Shown here: positions 33,813 through 44,116 of the stretch, piece after piece
How the letters are laid out: every line of letters begins with the position of its first letter
Numbering within the stretch: the stretch's first letter is position 1
Source: an uncultured Flavobacteriales bacterium
GTDB taxonomy: Bacteria; Bacteroidota; Bacteroidia; Flavobacteriales; BACL11
Direction of reading: 5' to 3'
NCBI GenBank assembly: GCA_905478185.1
Contig: CAJQHO010000038.1
Coordinates: 1 to 60,576 of the forward strand
Length of the DNA stretch: 60,576 bases
The notes under the pieces: generated by a model
The model's input: only the letters and a program-made list of their open reading frames with translations
Told to the model about the DNA's origin: nothing
The model's database searches: none
Position numbers and translations under genes: made by a program

Positions 33813-34526
33813 ATGTACAGACCAACATCATTTAGAGAATTACCAGAGATAATTAAGAACCTATTAATTATAAATGGACTATTATTTCTTGCAACTATTT
33901 CTTTAGGAAGTTATGGTATTGACCTTACACAGCTTTTAGGTTTACATCAGTTTCAGTCAGAAGATTTTATGCCTCATCAATTGATTACGCATTTCTTTAT
34001 GCACGGAAATTTTACTCATTTATTCTTCAATATGTTTGCCCTTTGGATGTTCGGTAAAATTCTAGAAAATGTATGGGGAGCTAAACGATTTCTTATTTAT
34101 TACATGATAACAGCTTTAGGAGCTGCCGCACTTCACTTGGCAGTTAGTCAATATCAAATTTATGAATTATCTAATGAGTTCCCCAATCTTATAGAACTAG
34201 CTAAAAAAGGACTTTACAATCCAAGTAATGAAAATTCATTAAGATTAACTCAATTAGTTACAACTCCTACTGTTGGAGCGTCAGGAGCTGTTTTTGGTAT
34301 TTTATTAGCATTTGGGATGTTGTTCCCTAACACACTCTTATACATCTACTTTGCTATTCCTATAAAAGCAAAATATTTTGTAATGATTTATGGAGCATTA
34401 GAACTATATTTAGGTTTAAGCAATAACCCAGCTGACAATGTTGCTCACTTTGCACACTTAGGAGGAATGTTATTTGGATTTTTACTTCTTAAATATTGGC
34501 AAAAGAACCACACACAATTTAATTAA
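33813..34526 (+). CDS. Rhomboid-family intramembrane serine protease
   Basis: HGNFTHLFFNM, catalytic GASGAVFG and a downstream AHLGG histidine. Confidence 0.85.
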   Translation: MYRPTSFRELPEIIKNLLIINGLLFLATISLGSYGIDLTQLLGLHQFQSEDFMPHQLITHFFMHGNFTHLFFNMFALWMFGKILENVWGAKRFLIYYMITALGAAALHLAVSQYQIYELSNEFPNLIELAKKGLYNPSNENSLRLTQLVTTPTVGASGAVFGILLAFGMLFPNTLLYIYFAIPIKAKYFVMIYGALELYLGLSNNPADNVAHFAHLGGMLFGFLLLKYWQKNHTQFN

Positions 34527-35404
34527 TGGATAATATTTTAAATAATCTAAAACACGAATTTAAGAAAGGTACTATCTTAAGTAAACTAATCTATATTAAT
34601 GTAGGGATGTTTTTATTATTCAGCATATTAGGAGTTTTATCTTTTATGTTTCAATTTGATATTTCCCCATTATTAAACAAACTTTACTTACCTGCAGAAA
34701 ATAGCAGACTTATCAGTCAGCCATGGACTTTCATTACTTATATGTTTTTACATAGTGGGTTTATGCACCTTTTATTCAACATGTTGTGGCTACATTTTGG
34801 AGGGAAAATATTTTTACAATACTTACATCCAAAACAACTATTAAGTACTTATATTCTAGGGGGAATTAGTGGTGGTTTACTATTTGTTATAGCTTACAAT
34901 TACATACCCTCTTTACAAGGATATCTTGATGGAGCACAAGCTTTGGGAGCATCAGCTTCAGTGTTGGCAATTATTGTTTCAATTTCAACTTACACTCCCA
35001 ATTATAGCGTTCAACTTCCTTTTATAGGTTTTGTAAAATTAAAACACATTGCAATATTCACTGTTGCTCTCGATATCATCAGCATTCCTAAAGGAAATAC
35101 TGGAGGACATATAGCGCATATTGGAGGAGCTATTTTCGGATATATCTACATTAAACAGTTGCAAAAAGGAAATGATTTTAGCATAGGTTTTTCTAACTTC
35201 TTTGAAAGGCTAGTCAACACTTTTAAAAACAAAAGCAAACTAAAAACGGTACATAAAAGAGCTAAAACTGATTATGAGTTTAACTCAGGAAAATCAGCTC
35301 AACAAAAAGAGATTGACAAGGTTTTAGAGAAAATCTCAAAATCAGGATATGAGAGCTTAAGTAAAGAAGAAAAAGCAACACTATTTAGTGCGAGTAAAAA
35401 ATAG
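34526..35404 (+). CDS. Rhomboid-family protein (second paralogue, with C-terminal soluble extension)
   Basis: HSGFMHLLFNM, GASASV and AHIGGAIFG, plus an extra ~80-aa Lys-rich tail. ATG overlaps the upstream stop. Confidence 0.8.
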   Translation: MDNILNNLKHEFKKGTILSKLIYINVGMFLLFSILGVLSFMFQFDISPLLNKLYLPAENSRLISQPWTFITYMFLHSGFMHLLFNMLWLHFGGKIFLQYLHPKQLLSTYILGGISGGLLFVIAYNYIPSLQGYLDGAQALGASASVLAIIVSISTYTPNYSVQLPFIGFVKLKHIAIFTVALDIISIPKGNTGGHIAHIGGAIFGYIYIKQLQKGNDFSIGFSNFFERLVNTFKNKSKLKTVHKRAKTDYEFNSGKSAQQKEIDKVLEKISKSGYESLSKEEKATLFSASKK

Positions 35405-36454
35405 ATGAAAGGGTTATCATTAATTAACAAGTTACTTTATTTGATAAACTCCCTGAGTTTATTTACACTACTCCTCTCCTATTTATCTCCATTTATAAGC
35501 CCAACTATATTTTGGCCTATCTCATTTTTTGGCTTATTATTTCCAATTCTATTTTTACTGAATTTAGCATTTTTCATTTATTGGCTAATCGGTTTTAAAA
35601 AACCTATGTGGGCAAATCTTTTTATTCTTTTATTAGGAATAGGAAATATTAGAGCATATTTCGGAATAAACCCTGATGCTACATCATCAGAAGAAAATAC
35701 AAAAATATTATCCTTTAATGTTAGGCTCTTTAACAAATATCAATGGTTAGAAAAACCGAATGTGAAAGCAGATATTTTTAGTTTTTTTAAAGAAGAAAAT
35801 CCTGATATTTTGTGCATACAAGAGTTTTATAGTCCCAATGAAATTCCAGACTTAAACTATCCTTACAGACATATAGGATTGCAAAGTAAAAAGAGCCAAT
35901 GGCATATGGCTATTTACAGTAAACACCCTCAGATAAAAAAGAAAACTGTAAGCATAAAAGGGGAGCGGATGAACAACACTTGCATCTATTCTGATATGAT
36001 AATAAATAAAGATACAATTAGAGTTTACAACATACATTTAGCTAGCAATTGGTTTAAAAATACTGACTATTCATTTATTCAAAATCCACAGAAAGAAAAA
36101 ATAAAAGAAGGAATTATTGGAATTACAAAAAGAATGAAAAGCAGTTTAATTAAGAGAGCTGAAGAAGTAGAAATAATAAAACAGCACATGGCTGATTGCA
36201 CTTATCCGATTATAGTTTGTGGAGATTTTAATGACACCCCTCTCTCCTATGCCTACAACTCAATAAAAGGAGATTTGAGTGATGCATTTAGCATATCAGG
36301 AAAAGGAATTGGTAATAGTTTTGTGAAAATTCCAGCTTTAAGAATTGACTACATTTTGCATGACAATGAACTAAAGAGTAGCAATTACCAAAAGCACAAA
36401 CAAGTCCTTTCTGATCATTATGCTGTAAGTTGTGAAATTGAAATTGGAAATTAG
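35405..36454 (+). CDS. Membrane-anchored endonuclease/exonuclease/phosphatase (EEP) family protein
   Basis: N-terminal TM helices, then the EEP motifs SFNVR, CIQEF, GDFND and SDHYAV. Confidence 0.8.
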   Translation: MKGLSLINKLLYLINSLSLFTLLLSYLSPFISPTIFWPISFFGLLFPILFLLNLAFFIYWLIGFKKPMWANLFILLLGIGNIRAYFGINPDATSSEENTKILSFNVRLFNKYQWLEKPNVKADIFSFFKEENPDILCIQEFYSPNEIPDLNYPYRHIGLQSKKSQWHMAIYSKHPQIKKKTVSIKGERMNNTCIYSDMIINKDTIRVYNIHLASNWFKNTDYSFIQNPQKEKIKEGIIGITKRMKSSLIKRAEEVEIIKQHMADCTYPIIVCGDFNDTPLSYAYNSIKGDLSDAFSISGKGIGNSFVKIPALRIDYILHDNELKSSNYQKHKQVLSDHYAVSCEIEIGN

Positions 36455-36517
36455 TCTAAATATTTTAGTATTTAAATATCAGAGTAAAAACTAACAACTA
36501 ATTATTATCTTTACCCC

Positions 36518-37210
36518 ATGCAACTATTCTTTATAGAAAACCCAGAGAGCGAAATTGTTCTTTCCAAGGAGGAAAGCAAGCATGCTACTAAAGTTTTAAG
36601 AAAAAAAGAAGGGGACATACTTAACTTTACTGATGGAAAAGGCGGATTTTACAGAGCAGAGATTACAGTAGCTGATACTAAAAAATGCAGATTACAAATA
36701 ATAAGTAGCAAACAAAAACCAAAACAACACAACTACCATTTACACATTGCTATTGCTCCAACAAAAAACATGGATAGGTACGAGTGGTTTTTGGAAAAAG
36801 CAACTGAAATAGGGATAGATGAAATTACGCCTATTATTTGCGACCACTCTGAACGGAAAGTTTTAAAAACTGAAAGATGTAATAGGATATTGCTTTCTGC
36901 TATGAAACAATCCTTAAAATTTCATTTACCGAAACTGAATGAAACCATTACGCTAAAAGACTTTTTAAAACAAGATTTTGAAGGAAATAAATACATTGCT
37001 CATTGTGAAGATGGAGAGAAAACAGAATTAAGAAAGGAAGAAAAAGCAAATAAAACTACAGTTTTGATAGGGCCTGAAGGCGATTTCTCTCCTGCTGAAA
37101 TTGAAATAGCTTTGCAAAGCCAATTTAAAACAGCAAGTTTGGGGACAAGTAGATTGCGTACAGAAACAGCAGGGCTAGTAGCTGTACATACTATAAATTT
37201 AAAATACTAG
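36518..37210 (+). CDS. rsmE: 16S rRNA (uracil1498-N3)-methyltransferase
   Basis: PUA-like N-terminus (H..KVLR...GD) and a SPOUT C-terminus with IGPEGDFS..E...A and LG.SRLRTETA. Confidence 0.9.
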   Translation: MQLFFIENPESEIVLSKEESKHATKVLRKKEGDILNFTDGKGGFYRAEITVADTKKCRLQIISSKQKPKQHNYHLHIAIAPTKNMDRYEWFLEKATEIGIDEITPIICDHSERKVLKTERCNRILLSAMKQSLKFHLPKLNETITLKDFLKQDFEGNKYIAHCEDGEKTELRKEEKANKTTVLIGPEGDFSPAEIEIALQSQFKTASLGTSRLRTETAGLVAVHTINLKY

Positions 37211-37211
37211 A

Positions 37212-37859
37212 ATGAAAAAGCTATTTTTAATATTAATGTCACTTCCAATTCTATTAATTGGGCAGAACACCTACCAAATAGCAGTACTAAAATATAATGG
37301 TGGTGGAGATTGGTACGCCAACCCAACTGCCCTACCCAACCTTATTGCTTTTGCAAACGAGAACATAGGTACTAACATAAAAACTGAACCCGCAACTGTA
37401 GAAGTTGGAAGTAGCGCTATTTTTAATTATCCTTACTTACACATGACCGGGCACGGAAATGTAGTTTTCAATTCCAGTGAAGCTGAGAATTTACGCACTT
37501 ACCTTTTAGCAGGCGGTTTCCTGCATATAGATGATAATTACGGAATGGATGCTTTTGTCCGTACAGAAATAAGAAAAGTTTTTCCTGAAACTGATTTAGT
37601 TGAACTGCCAATTAATCATACTATTTTTCATGGGAAATATGAGTTTCCTAATGGCTTGCCAAAAATCCATGAGCATGATGCAAGTCCTGCTAAAGCTTAT
37701 GGGATAATTGTTGATGGGCGTTTAGTTTGTCTTTACACTTTTGAATCAGATATTGGTGATGGTTGGGAAGATGCAGAAGTCCATAATGACAGTGATCATG
37801 TAAGACAAAAAGCACTGCAAATGGGAGCAAATATTTTGGAGTATGTGTTCTCTAACTAA
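37212..37859 (+). CDS. DUF4159 domain-containing protein
   Basis: IAVLKYNGGGDWYANPTALPNL and GGFLHIDDNYGMD are characteristic of DUF4159. Confidence 0.75.
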   Translation: MKKLFLILMSLPILLIGQNTYQIAVLKYNGGGDWYANPTALPNLIAFANENIGTNIKTEPATVEVGSSAIFNYPYLHMTGHGNVVFNSSEAENLRTYLLAGGFLHIDDNYGMDAFVRTEIRKVFPETDLVELPINHTIFHGKYEFPNGLPKIHEHDASPAKAYGIIVDGRLVCLYTFESDIGDGWEDAEVHNDSDHVRQKALQMGANILEYVFSN

Positions 37860-38839
37860 TCTTTAATCAACAAAAACTCAACTTCTTGCGGATAGAGACG
37901 CTCAAGTTTCACAAAAGACGGCAAGTTATTTATCTGCACTTTTAATCTTTTGGTATTTTCATCTAGTTCAGATGCATCAACTGTAATGTTTAAAAAATCT
38001 GTTTTTAAGAAATTATACTTACTCTTTGGCAAGCGAATAGTAGCACTAATCTCATTAGGAAACAACTTCAATGTATAACCTTTTTTAAGATTTTCGACTT
38101 TAACTTTTTGGGTCATTTTCTGCTCAATAAACTGCTCAACATTTATGGATACACTTAATTCTGTTTCTTTAGTTTGTAATCCTTCAGGAATTATCAAATC
38201 AACTTTAATAAAAGTATTCTCAAAAACATTATCAAGTTTTAAAAGTTCAGTGGAAATTTCAGTTAATGAATCTAATACATTTTGATCTCCATAAATCGTG
38301 ATTTTTTCAGGGTTTAACTGTATTTCTGATGACAACCAATATTCACTTTTTAAAGTAATATCATCAAACAACTTTATAGGTACTTCTTTTTTGGTTTTAT
38401 TAGCAAAAGGAACAATTAATCGTTCAGGACTTAAATCCATTATTTCCATTGAACTTCCTAAAATCTTAGCTACTTTTTCTCTTTTTGAATTTAATATCCA
38501 AAATAGATTCTTGCCATTTTTAAGAGGCTTAGAGTTAGCGATTTCATAGTCCAGTATTAATGTCTTGAAGTTAAAAAAATGATAAAAAATAATGGAGAAA
38601 CCTGGGGCTTTTACCCTAGCTTCTATAAAATCAATTGGGGAATTAATCTCAACTAAATCAGTAGGGTAATTCTTGTAATTTACAGGAACGGAAAGAGTTG
38701 TTTCGTGTGTTTTTGAAAGCATACTCAAAAACCAAAAGGAGAAGGAAATAAAAAGAAAAAGTGCGTAAGTATTTAACTTCTTATTTTTTGCAACTGACTT
38801 AAAAAAATGAGCTATTGATTTTTTTAAGTTGCTAGACAT
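37856..38839 (-). CDS. YbbR-like domain-containing protein
   Basis: N-terminal TM anchor followed by repeated YbbR-type beta-rich modules. The call is moderate. Confidence 0.55.
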   Translation of the reverse strand: MSSNLKKSIAHFFKSVAKNKKLNTYALFLFISFSFWFLSMLSKTHETTLSVPVNYKNYPTDLVEINSPIDFIEARVKAPGFSIIFYHFFNFKTLILDYEIANSKPLKNGKNLFWILNSKREKVAKILGSSMEIMDLSPERLIVPFANKTKKEVPIKLFDDITLKSEYWLSSEIQLNPEKITIYGDQNVLDSLTEISTELLKLDNVFENTFIKVDLIIPEGLQTKETELSVSINVEQFIEQKMTQKVKVENLKKGYTLKLFPNEISATIRLPKSKYNFLKTDFLNITVDASELDENTKRLKVQINNLPSFVKLERLYPQEVEFLLIKD

Positions 38840-39135
38840 TATTTTTGCTCTATACCAGCATCTCCACTCATTGATACTGCAGTTTTTTCAATTTTCAAAG
38901 TATTTCCTCCCATAACCTCAACAATAAAAGTATCTTCTTGTACATCATTAATTTTACCATGAATCCCTCCAATAGTAACCACTTTATCACCTTTTTTAAG
39001 TGCTAAACGATATTCACGCTCTTTTTTTTGTTTCTTAATTTGAGGGCGAATCATAAAGAAATACATTACGGCAAAAATCATACCGAACATAATTAACGAA
39101 CTCATACCTGTACCTGCTGTTTGTAATAAAATCAT
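38839..39135 (-). CDS. yajC: Preprotein translocase subunit YajC
   Basis: TM helix, FFMIRPQ.KKQK, and L.KGDKVVT.GGIHG.I. Confidence 0.9.
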   Translation of the reverse strand: MILLQTAGTGMSSLIMFGMIFAVMYFFMIRPQIKKQKKEREYRLALKKGDKVVTIGGIHGKINDVQEDTFIVEVMGGNTLKIEKTAVSMSGDAGIEQK

Positions 39136-39136
39136 A

Positions 39137-39604
39137 TTATTCTGTTTCTGGAACTAAAACAGTTCCTTTAATTGTTAAAACCTTTGTACTTGGAATAGCA
39201 TTAGTAACCAAAGTTACTGTTTTGTTTTGCTTTCCTCTTTTATTTCCACTATTGAAAGTAACTTTAATTATTGCTTCATCACCTACTGCAACTGGTTCTT
39301 TTGGCCACTCAGGCACAGTACAACCACAACTTCCTTTTGCTGAACGAATTAATAAAGGTGCATCACCAGTATTTTTTAATATAAACTCTGTATTCACTGA
39401 TTCCTTCTGATTCATTTCTCCAAAATCAAAAAAGTCTTGTGAAAGTTCAATTTTAGGCATATCAACTTGGTCAGCATTTTTTTCAGCTGTAAGTGGATTA
39501 TTTACTAAATCAGTAGTAATTTTTTTATCATCAGTATTTGAGCATGATGCTAAAACAATAGCTGATAATAATAAAGTGTATAGTGTTTTCATATTCATTT
39601 TCAA
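39137..39604 (-). CDS. DUF1573 domain lipoprotein
   Basis: Lipoprotein signal (LASCS), F.F.NTGD.PL.I..A..SCGCTVPEWPKEP motif. Confidence 0.8.
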   Translation of the reverse strand: MKMNMKTLYTLLLSAIVLASCSNTDDKKITTDLVNNPLTAEKNADQVDMPKIELSQDFFDFGEMNQKESVNTEFILKNTGDAPLLIRSAKGSCGCTVPEWPKEPVAVGDEAIIKVTFNSGNKRGKQNKTVTLVTNAIPSTKVLTIKGTVLVPETE

Positions 39605-39619
39605 AACTAAGATTATTTT

Positions 39620-40549
39620 TTAAACTAAACCTCTACCAGTTTTTTTAATCTTACCTTCTCTAGTATAAGTTTTTACAAAATTATCTAAAAGACCATTTAC
39701 AAACAATTTACTTTTAGCTGTGCTGTAGTATTTTGCAATTTCAATGTACTCGTTCATTGATACTTTTACTGGTAATTCAGGCATAGATAAAATTTCTGCA
39801 AAAGCCATTTTTAAAAACAATTGATCCATTTTTGCAATACGATCAATCTCCCAATTTCTAGCAAATTTTATAATAATTTGTTCGTAATCCTCATTATTGT
39901 TTATGGTATTTCTAAATAACTTTAATGCAAATTCTTTATCCGAACTGTCCTTAAAAGCTCCTTTAGTATCCATGCTTTTATCCTCTTTAATATCGCCAAA
40001 AATAATAGCTGCAATAAATGGTAAATCATCTACCCAGTAAATACTTCTTTCTTCAAAAATATGATGTACAAGTTCATTTTTAAGAATGTAATCGTTTAGG
40101 GCATTAATAATAAATTTCTTATCAACCTCAACATCTTTATTTTCATTAGCAATGTATTTTTGATACAAGTCAGACTGATAAAGTTCCTTAAATAACTTAT
40201 GCACAATATCATGATCGTTTTTAATCCAGGTACCTGAAACTCTCGCAACCTTATCCATCAAATCCAGATTGCTTCTAACACTTGTAATAATATCATTATC
40301 AACAAAACGAGTATTCGGATTTAAATCCAATGCAGTAGGCAGATGCTTTTTCTTCCCTTCCTCATAAAAATTATCAGCATGCTTTACAAGCTGAATCCAT
40401 AATGAAATGATTACTAATTTTAGTTCTACTACTTCATCAAAATGCTTTAGCATTGCTCTTTCAGCAACTGACATTTCATTTACTTTAGTGGAAAGGTAAG
40501 AATATAATGACTGCATTACTTTTACCCTGATGTGTCTTCTACTTAGCAT
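39620..40549 (-). CDS. nusB: Transcription antitermination factor NusB (long Bacteroidota form)
   Basis: SRRHIRVKVMQSLY N-terminus and C-terminal NEYIEIAK.Y....S..FVNG.LD. 309 aa, against about 140 in Proteobacteria. Confidence 0.8.
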   Translation of the reverse strand: MLSRRHIRVKVMQSLYSYLSTKVNEMSVAERAMLKHFDEVVELKLVIISLWIQLVKHADNFYEEGKKKHLPTALDLNPNTRFVDNDIITSVRSNLDLMDKVARVSGTWIKNDHDIVHKLFKELYQSDLYQKYIANENKDVEVDKKFIINALNDYILKNELVHHIFEERSIYWVDDLPFIAAIIFGDIKEDKSMDTKGAFKDSSDKEFALKLFRNTINNNEDYEQIIIKFARNWEIDRIAKMDQLFLKMAFAEILSMPELPVKVSMNEYIEIAKYYSTAKSKLFVNGLLDNFVKTYTREGKIKKTGRGLV

Positions 40550-40554
40550 CTAAA

Positions 40555-41646
40555 TTATGCGTTTTTTCTATCGTTAATTCTTTGTTCAGCAATCTCTAAA
40601 GCAGCAGCATGAGTTGTCATATCTTCTAGCTCAGATTTCTTTAAAATCTCCAAAGTTGTATTGTAAATCTCTCTTGTTTGATTGATTGCATGCTCTTTAT
40701 CATATCCTTTAATTTCAGAATATACATTAATTAATCCTCCTGCATTGATTAAGAAATCAGGAGCGTAAACTATTCCTTTATCAGAACATAATTGCCCGTC
40801 TCTTACCTCATCAGCTAATTGATTATTTGCAGCACCAGCAATTATCTCACATTTTAATCTGCTTAAAGTAGAAGGATTTACTGTTGCACCTAAAGCACAA
40901 GGAGCGTAAATATCAATATCTAAATCATAGATTGCATCTCCCATTACAATAGTAGCGCCAAATTCTTCAGCAAGCTCAGCTAATCTTGTTTCGTTAATAT
41001 CATTAATAATTACCTTAGCACCTTCTTCAGTTAAGTGTTTTACTAGGTTTTCTCCTACATGGCCAATGCCTTGTACAAGTACAGTTTTTCCGTCTAAACT
41101 ATCACTTCCCCATTTGAATTTTGCAGAAGCTTTCATTCCCATATATACACCAAAAGCAGTAACTGGTGAAGGATCACCACTACCTCCCATACTTTCAGGA
41201 ATACCAGTAACATGCTTAGTTTCCATACGCACATATTCCATATCCTTAGTACTCATTCCTACATCTTCAGCAGTTATATATTTACCCCCTAAACTATCAA
41301 CATACTCACCAAACTTACGCATTAACGCTTCAGTTTTTTGAGTTGTAGAATCACCAATAATTACAGCCTTACCACCACCTAATTCTAAGCCAGAAATTGC
41401 TGCTTTAAATGACATTCCTCTTGAAAGTCTAAGCACATCTTGTATTGCATCTTCTTCATTAGCATAATCCCACATACGAGTACCTCCAAGCGCAGGACCT
41501 AAAGTTGTATCATGTATAGCAATAATTGCTTTTAAACCTGTTTCATTATCTTGACAAAAAACCACTTGCTCGTGTCCCATCACAGTCATTTTGCTAACTA
41601 CTAAACCTTCATTTGTAATTGTTTTTTCTGCATTTACTATTGTCAT
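40555..41646 (-). CDS. Leu/Phe/Val dehydrogenase (leucine dehydrogenase-like)
   Basis: GPALGGTRMW.Y, LSRGMSFK catalytic Lys region, GGGKAVI and a Rossmann GIGHVG. Confidence 0.88.
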   Translation of the reverse strand: MTIVNAEKTITNEGLVVSKMTVMGHEQVVFCQDNETGLKAIIAIHDTTLGPALGGTRMWDYANEEDAIQDVLRLSRGMSFKAAISGLELGGGKAVIIGDSTTQKTEALMRKFGEYVDSLGGKYITAEDVGMSTKDMEYVRMETKHVTGIPESMGGSGDPSPVTAFGVYMGMKASAKFKWGSDSLDGKTVLVQGIGHVGENLVKHLTEEGAKVIINDINETRLAELAEEFGATIVMGDAIYDLDIDIYAPCALGATVNPSTLSRLKCEIIAGAANNQLADEVRDGQLCSDKGIVYAPDFLINAGGLINVYSEIKGYDKEHAINQTREIYNTTLEILKKSELEDMTTHAAALEIAEQRINDRKNA

Positions 41647-41773
41647 AAGTATGTCAAATTTTAGTTATTTAATCAGATAACCCACAATTAAAATAGAAAT
41701 AAATCATATTTTTAAAGGGGTCGCGAATTTACTTATTATTTTTGGCAAATCAATTAAAGTACTTAATCAATTA

Positions 41774-43522
41774 ATGAAACCTCTATTTTACCTCAATAAA
41801 TTTTTTTGGAAATACCGAAAATTACTACTGATAGGAACTTTTTTTATAGTAGTTGCAAACCTCTTTGCGCTATACCCAGCCGAGTTTGTAAGAAAAGCAT
41901 TTGATGCCGTGCTTTTAAGCATGAAAGAAGGTACAAACACAGAACAAGGAGTAAAAGACACCCTTTTAAAATATGGAGGCCTAATAGTGGCTTTTGCAAT
42001 ACTCAAAGGAGTGTTTATGTATTTTATGAGGCAGACCGTAATTGTAATGAGCCGTAAAATTGAGTTTGATTTAAAAAATGAAATCTATCAACAGTACCAA
42101 AACCTTAGTATGAGTTTTTACAAACAAAATAAAACTGGGGATTTAATGAACAGAATATCAGAAGATGTAAGTAGAGTAAGAATGTACTTAGGACCTGCAC
42201 TAATGTACGCAATAAATATCTCAATACTATTTTATTTAGTTATCAGCAAGATGTTAAGCATCAGTACGACCTTAACTTTTTATGTATTACTCCCTTTACC
42301 AATACTTGCAATACTCGTTTATTTTGTAAGCAGTAACATCAACAAAAGAAGTGAAAAGGTACAAGCACAACTATCAAAACTTACAACCATATCACAAGAA
42401 ACTTTTTCAGGAATAAAAATTATTAAATCCTTTGGAAATGAAACAAACACCTGGCAAGTATTTTTAAAATCATGCAAAGAATACACCCAAAAACAATTGC
42501 AACTCGTAAAGATAGAAGCCTTCTTTTTTCCACTTATAATAACTATGATAGGTGCAAGTACTATACTTACAATTTACATAGGAGGATTGGAGAGCTTAAA
42601 AGGAAACATCACAACAGGTAACATTGCTGAATTTATTATTTATGTAAACATGTTGGCTTGGCCAGTAGCATCAGTTGGGTGGATTACTTCAATAGTGCAA
42701 AGAGCAGCTGCATCACAAGAAAGAATTAATGACTTTTTACTACTAAAATCAGATATAGAAAACACCAATAAAGCACTAACCCCTATTACAGGAGATATTA
42801 CCTTTAAAGATGTAAATTTAAAATATAAGGACACAAATATAGTAGCGCTTAACAACATCAACTTTACAATAAAAGAAGGCACTACCCTTGGAGTATTTGG
42901 AAAAACAGGAAGTGGAAAATCAACTATTGCAAACCTAGTATGCCGACTGTATGACACAACAACAGGAAATATCACTTTTGGGAATGTAAAAATACAAGAT
43001 TTGAATTTATTTAGCTTACGCTCCTGCATAGGATATATCCCACAAGATGGTTATTTATTTTCAGGAACTGTAAAAGAAAATATTGCATTTGCAAGCAACA
43101 CTTTAAATGAAGATGAAGTAATTGATGCAGCAAAAAAATCAGAAATACTTGATGAGATTGACAGCTTTACTGATGGATTTGAAACCATAATTGGAGAAAG
43201 AGGTGTGCAACTATCAGGAGGACAAAGACAAAGATTAGCCATTGCCAGAACCTTTTACAAAAAACCGAACCTCCTTATATTTGATGATTGCTTATCAGCC
43301 ATTGATGCTACCAAAGAACAACAAATACTTAAAAACCTAAAGAAAGAAAGCAAAGGAAAAACATCAATAATAATTAGCCATAGAGTTGCTACACTAAAAG
43401 AAGCCGATAAAATCGTTGTACTTGAAAAAGGAGAAATAATTGAAGAAGGAACTCACCAGGAATTACTAGCCAAAAAAGGCTTTTACTTTGACATATCTCA
43501 AAGTCAGAATAAATCAATTTGA
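41774..43522 (+). CDS. ABC exporter, fused permease/ATPase (MsbA/multidrug-like)
   Basis: Six-TM domain, then Walker A GKTGSGKST, signature LSGGQRQR and Walker B LLIFDD. A TATTTTTG -7 element lies at 41737-41744. Confidence 0.9.
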   Translation: MKPLFYLNKFFWKYRKLLLIGTFFIVVANLFALYPAEFVRKAFDAVLLSMKEGTNTEQGVKDTLLKYGGLIVAFAILKGVFMYFMRQTVIVMSRKIEFDLKNEIYQQYQNLSMSFYKQNKTGDLMNRISEDVSRVRMYLGPALMYAINISILFYLVISKMLSISTTLTFYVLLPLPILAILVYFVSSNINKRSEKVQAQLSKLTTISQETFSGIKIIKSFGNETNTWQVFLKSCKEYTQKQLQLVKIEAFFFPLIITMIGASTILTIYIGGLESLKGNITTGNIAEFIIYVNMLAWPVASVGWITSIVQRAAASQERINDFLLLKSDIENTNKALTPITGDITFKDVNLKYKDTNIVALNNINFTIKEGTTLGVFGKTGSGKSTIANLVCRLYDTTTGNITFGNVKIQDLNLFSLRSCIGYIPQDGYLFSGTVKENIAFASNTLNEDEVIDAAKKSEILDEIDSFTDGFETIIGERGVQLSGGQRQRLAIARTFYKKPNLLIFDDCLSAIDATKEQQILKNLKKESKGKTSIIISHRVATLKEADKIVVLEKGEIIEEGTHQELLAKKGFYFDISQSQNKSI

Positions 43523-43593
43523 TGATTAAATATTGTGCTATTTTCTTATTATTAAATATTTTCTATATTTGACACATCATTAAAAACTAATAA

Positions 43594-43962
43594 ATGACTG
43601 AGAAGAGAGAGATAAAAGATATATTTTCAAAGAAAGTAAAAGCAGGAAGAAGAACCTATTTTTTTGATGTAAGAGAAACAAAAGCAAGTGACTATTACAT
43701 GACACTTACCGAGAGCGTAAGAGATTTTAATGAAGATGGAGCTCCAACATACAGAAAACACAAGATATACCTTTATAAAGAAGATTTTGCAAGCTTTAAA
43801 GATGCATTTGAGGAAGTAAGCAACTATATTATTGCAGAAAAAGGAGAAGAAATAATCTCAGATAAAAAGTTTAAAAAAAGGGAAGAAAAGCCTGCTGAGA
43901 AAAAAGAAGAATCATCTACTGACTTTACTGAAGTTAACTTTGATGATTTAGGAGAAGATTAA
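43594..43962 (+). CDS. PUR-alpha-like ssDNA/RNA-binding protein (DUF3276)
   Basis: V.AG.RTYFFDV.ETK..DYY.T.TES and HKIYLYKEDF are characteristic of DUF3276. Confidence 0.75.
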   Translation: MTEKREIKDIFSKKVKAGRRTYFFDVRETKASDYYMTLTESVRDFNEDGAPTYRKHKIYLYKEDFASFKDAFEEVSNYIIAEKGEEIISDKKFKKREEKPAEKKEESSTDFTEVNFDDLGED

Positions 43963-43989
43963 AATAACCCCACTCAAAAAACAAGTGAA

Positions 43990-44017
43990 AGCCCTACCAA
44001 TTGGTAGGGCTTTTTTC
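43990..44017 (+). terminator. Rho-independent terminator
   Basis: Perfect palindrome GCCCTACCAA/TTGGTAGGGC (43991-44010) followed by TTTTTT. Confidence 0.8.
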
Positions 44018-44116
44018 TTAACAACTCCCCTATTTTGTTGATAATTACATTAGTTTTCAAAGAGACTATTAGTGATTAGCATAGTACTTTTATAGCCGTA
44101 AAAACAGACTATAATT

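Noticed and set aside
41788-43242. Three minus-strand ORFs (63-129 aa) inside the ABC exporter gene
   Set aside because: They are antisense to a CDS with Walker A, signature and Walker B motifs.
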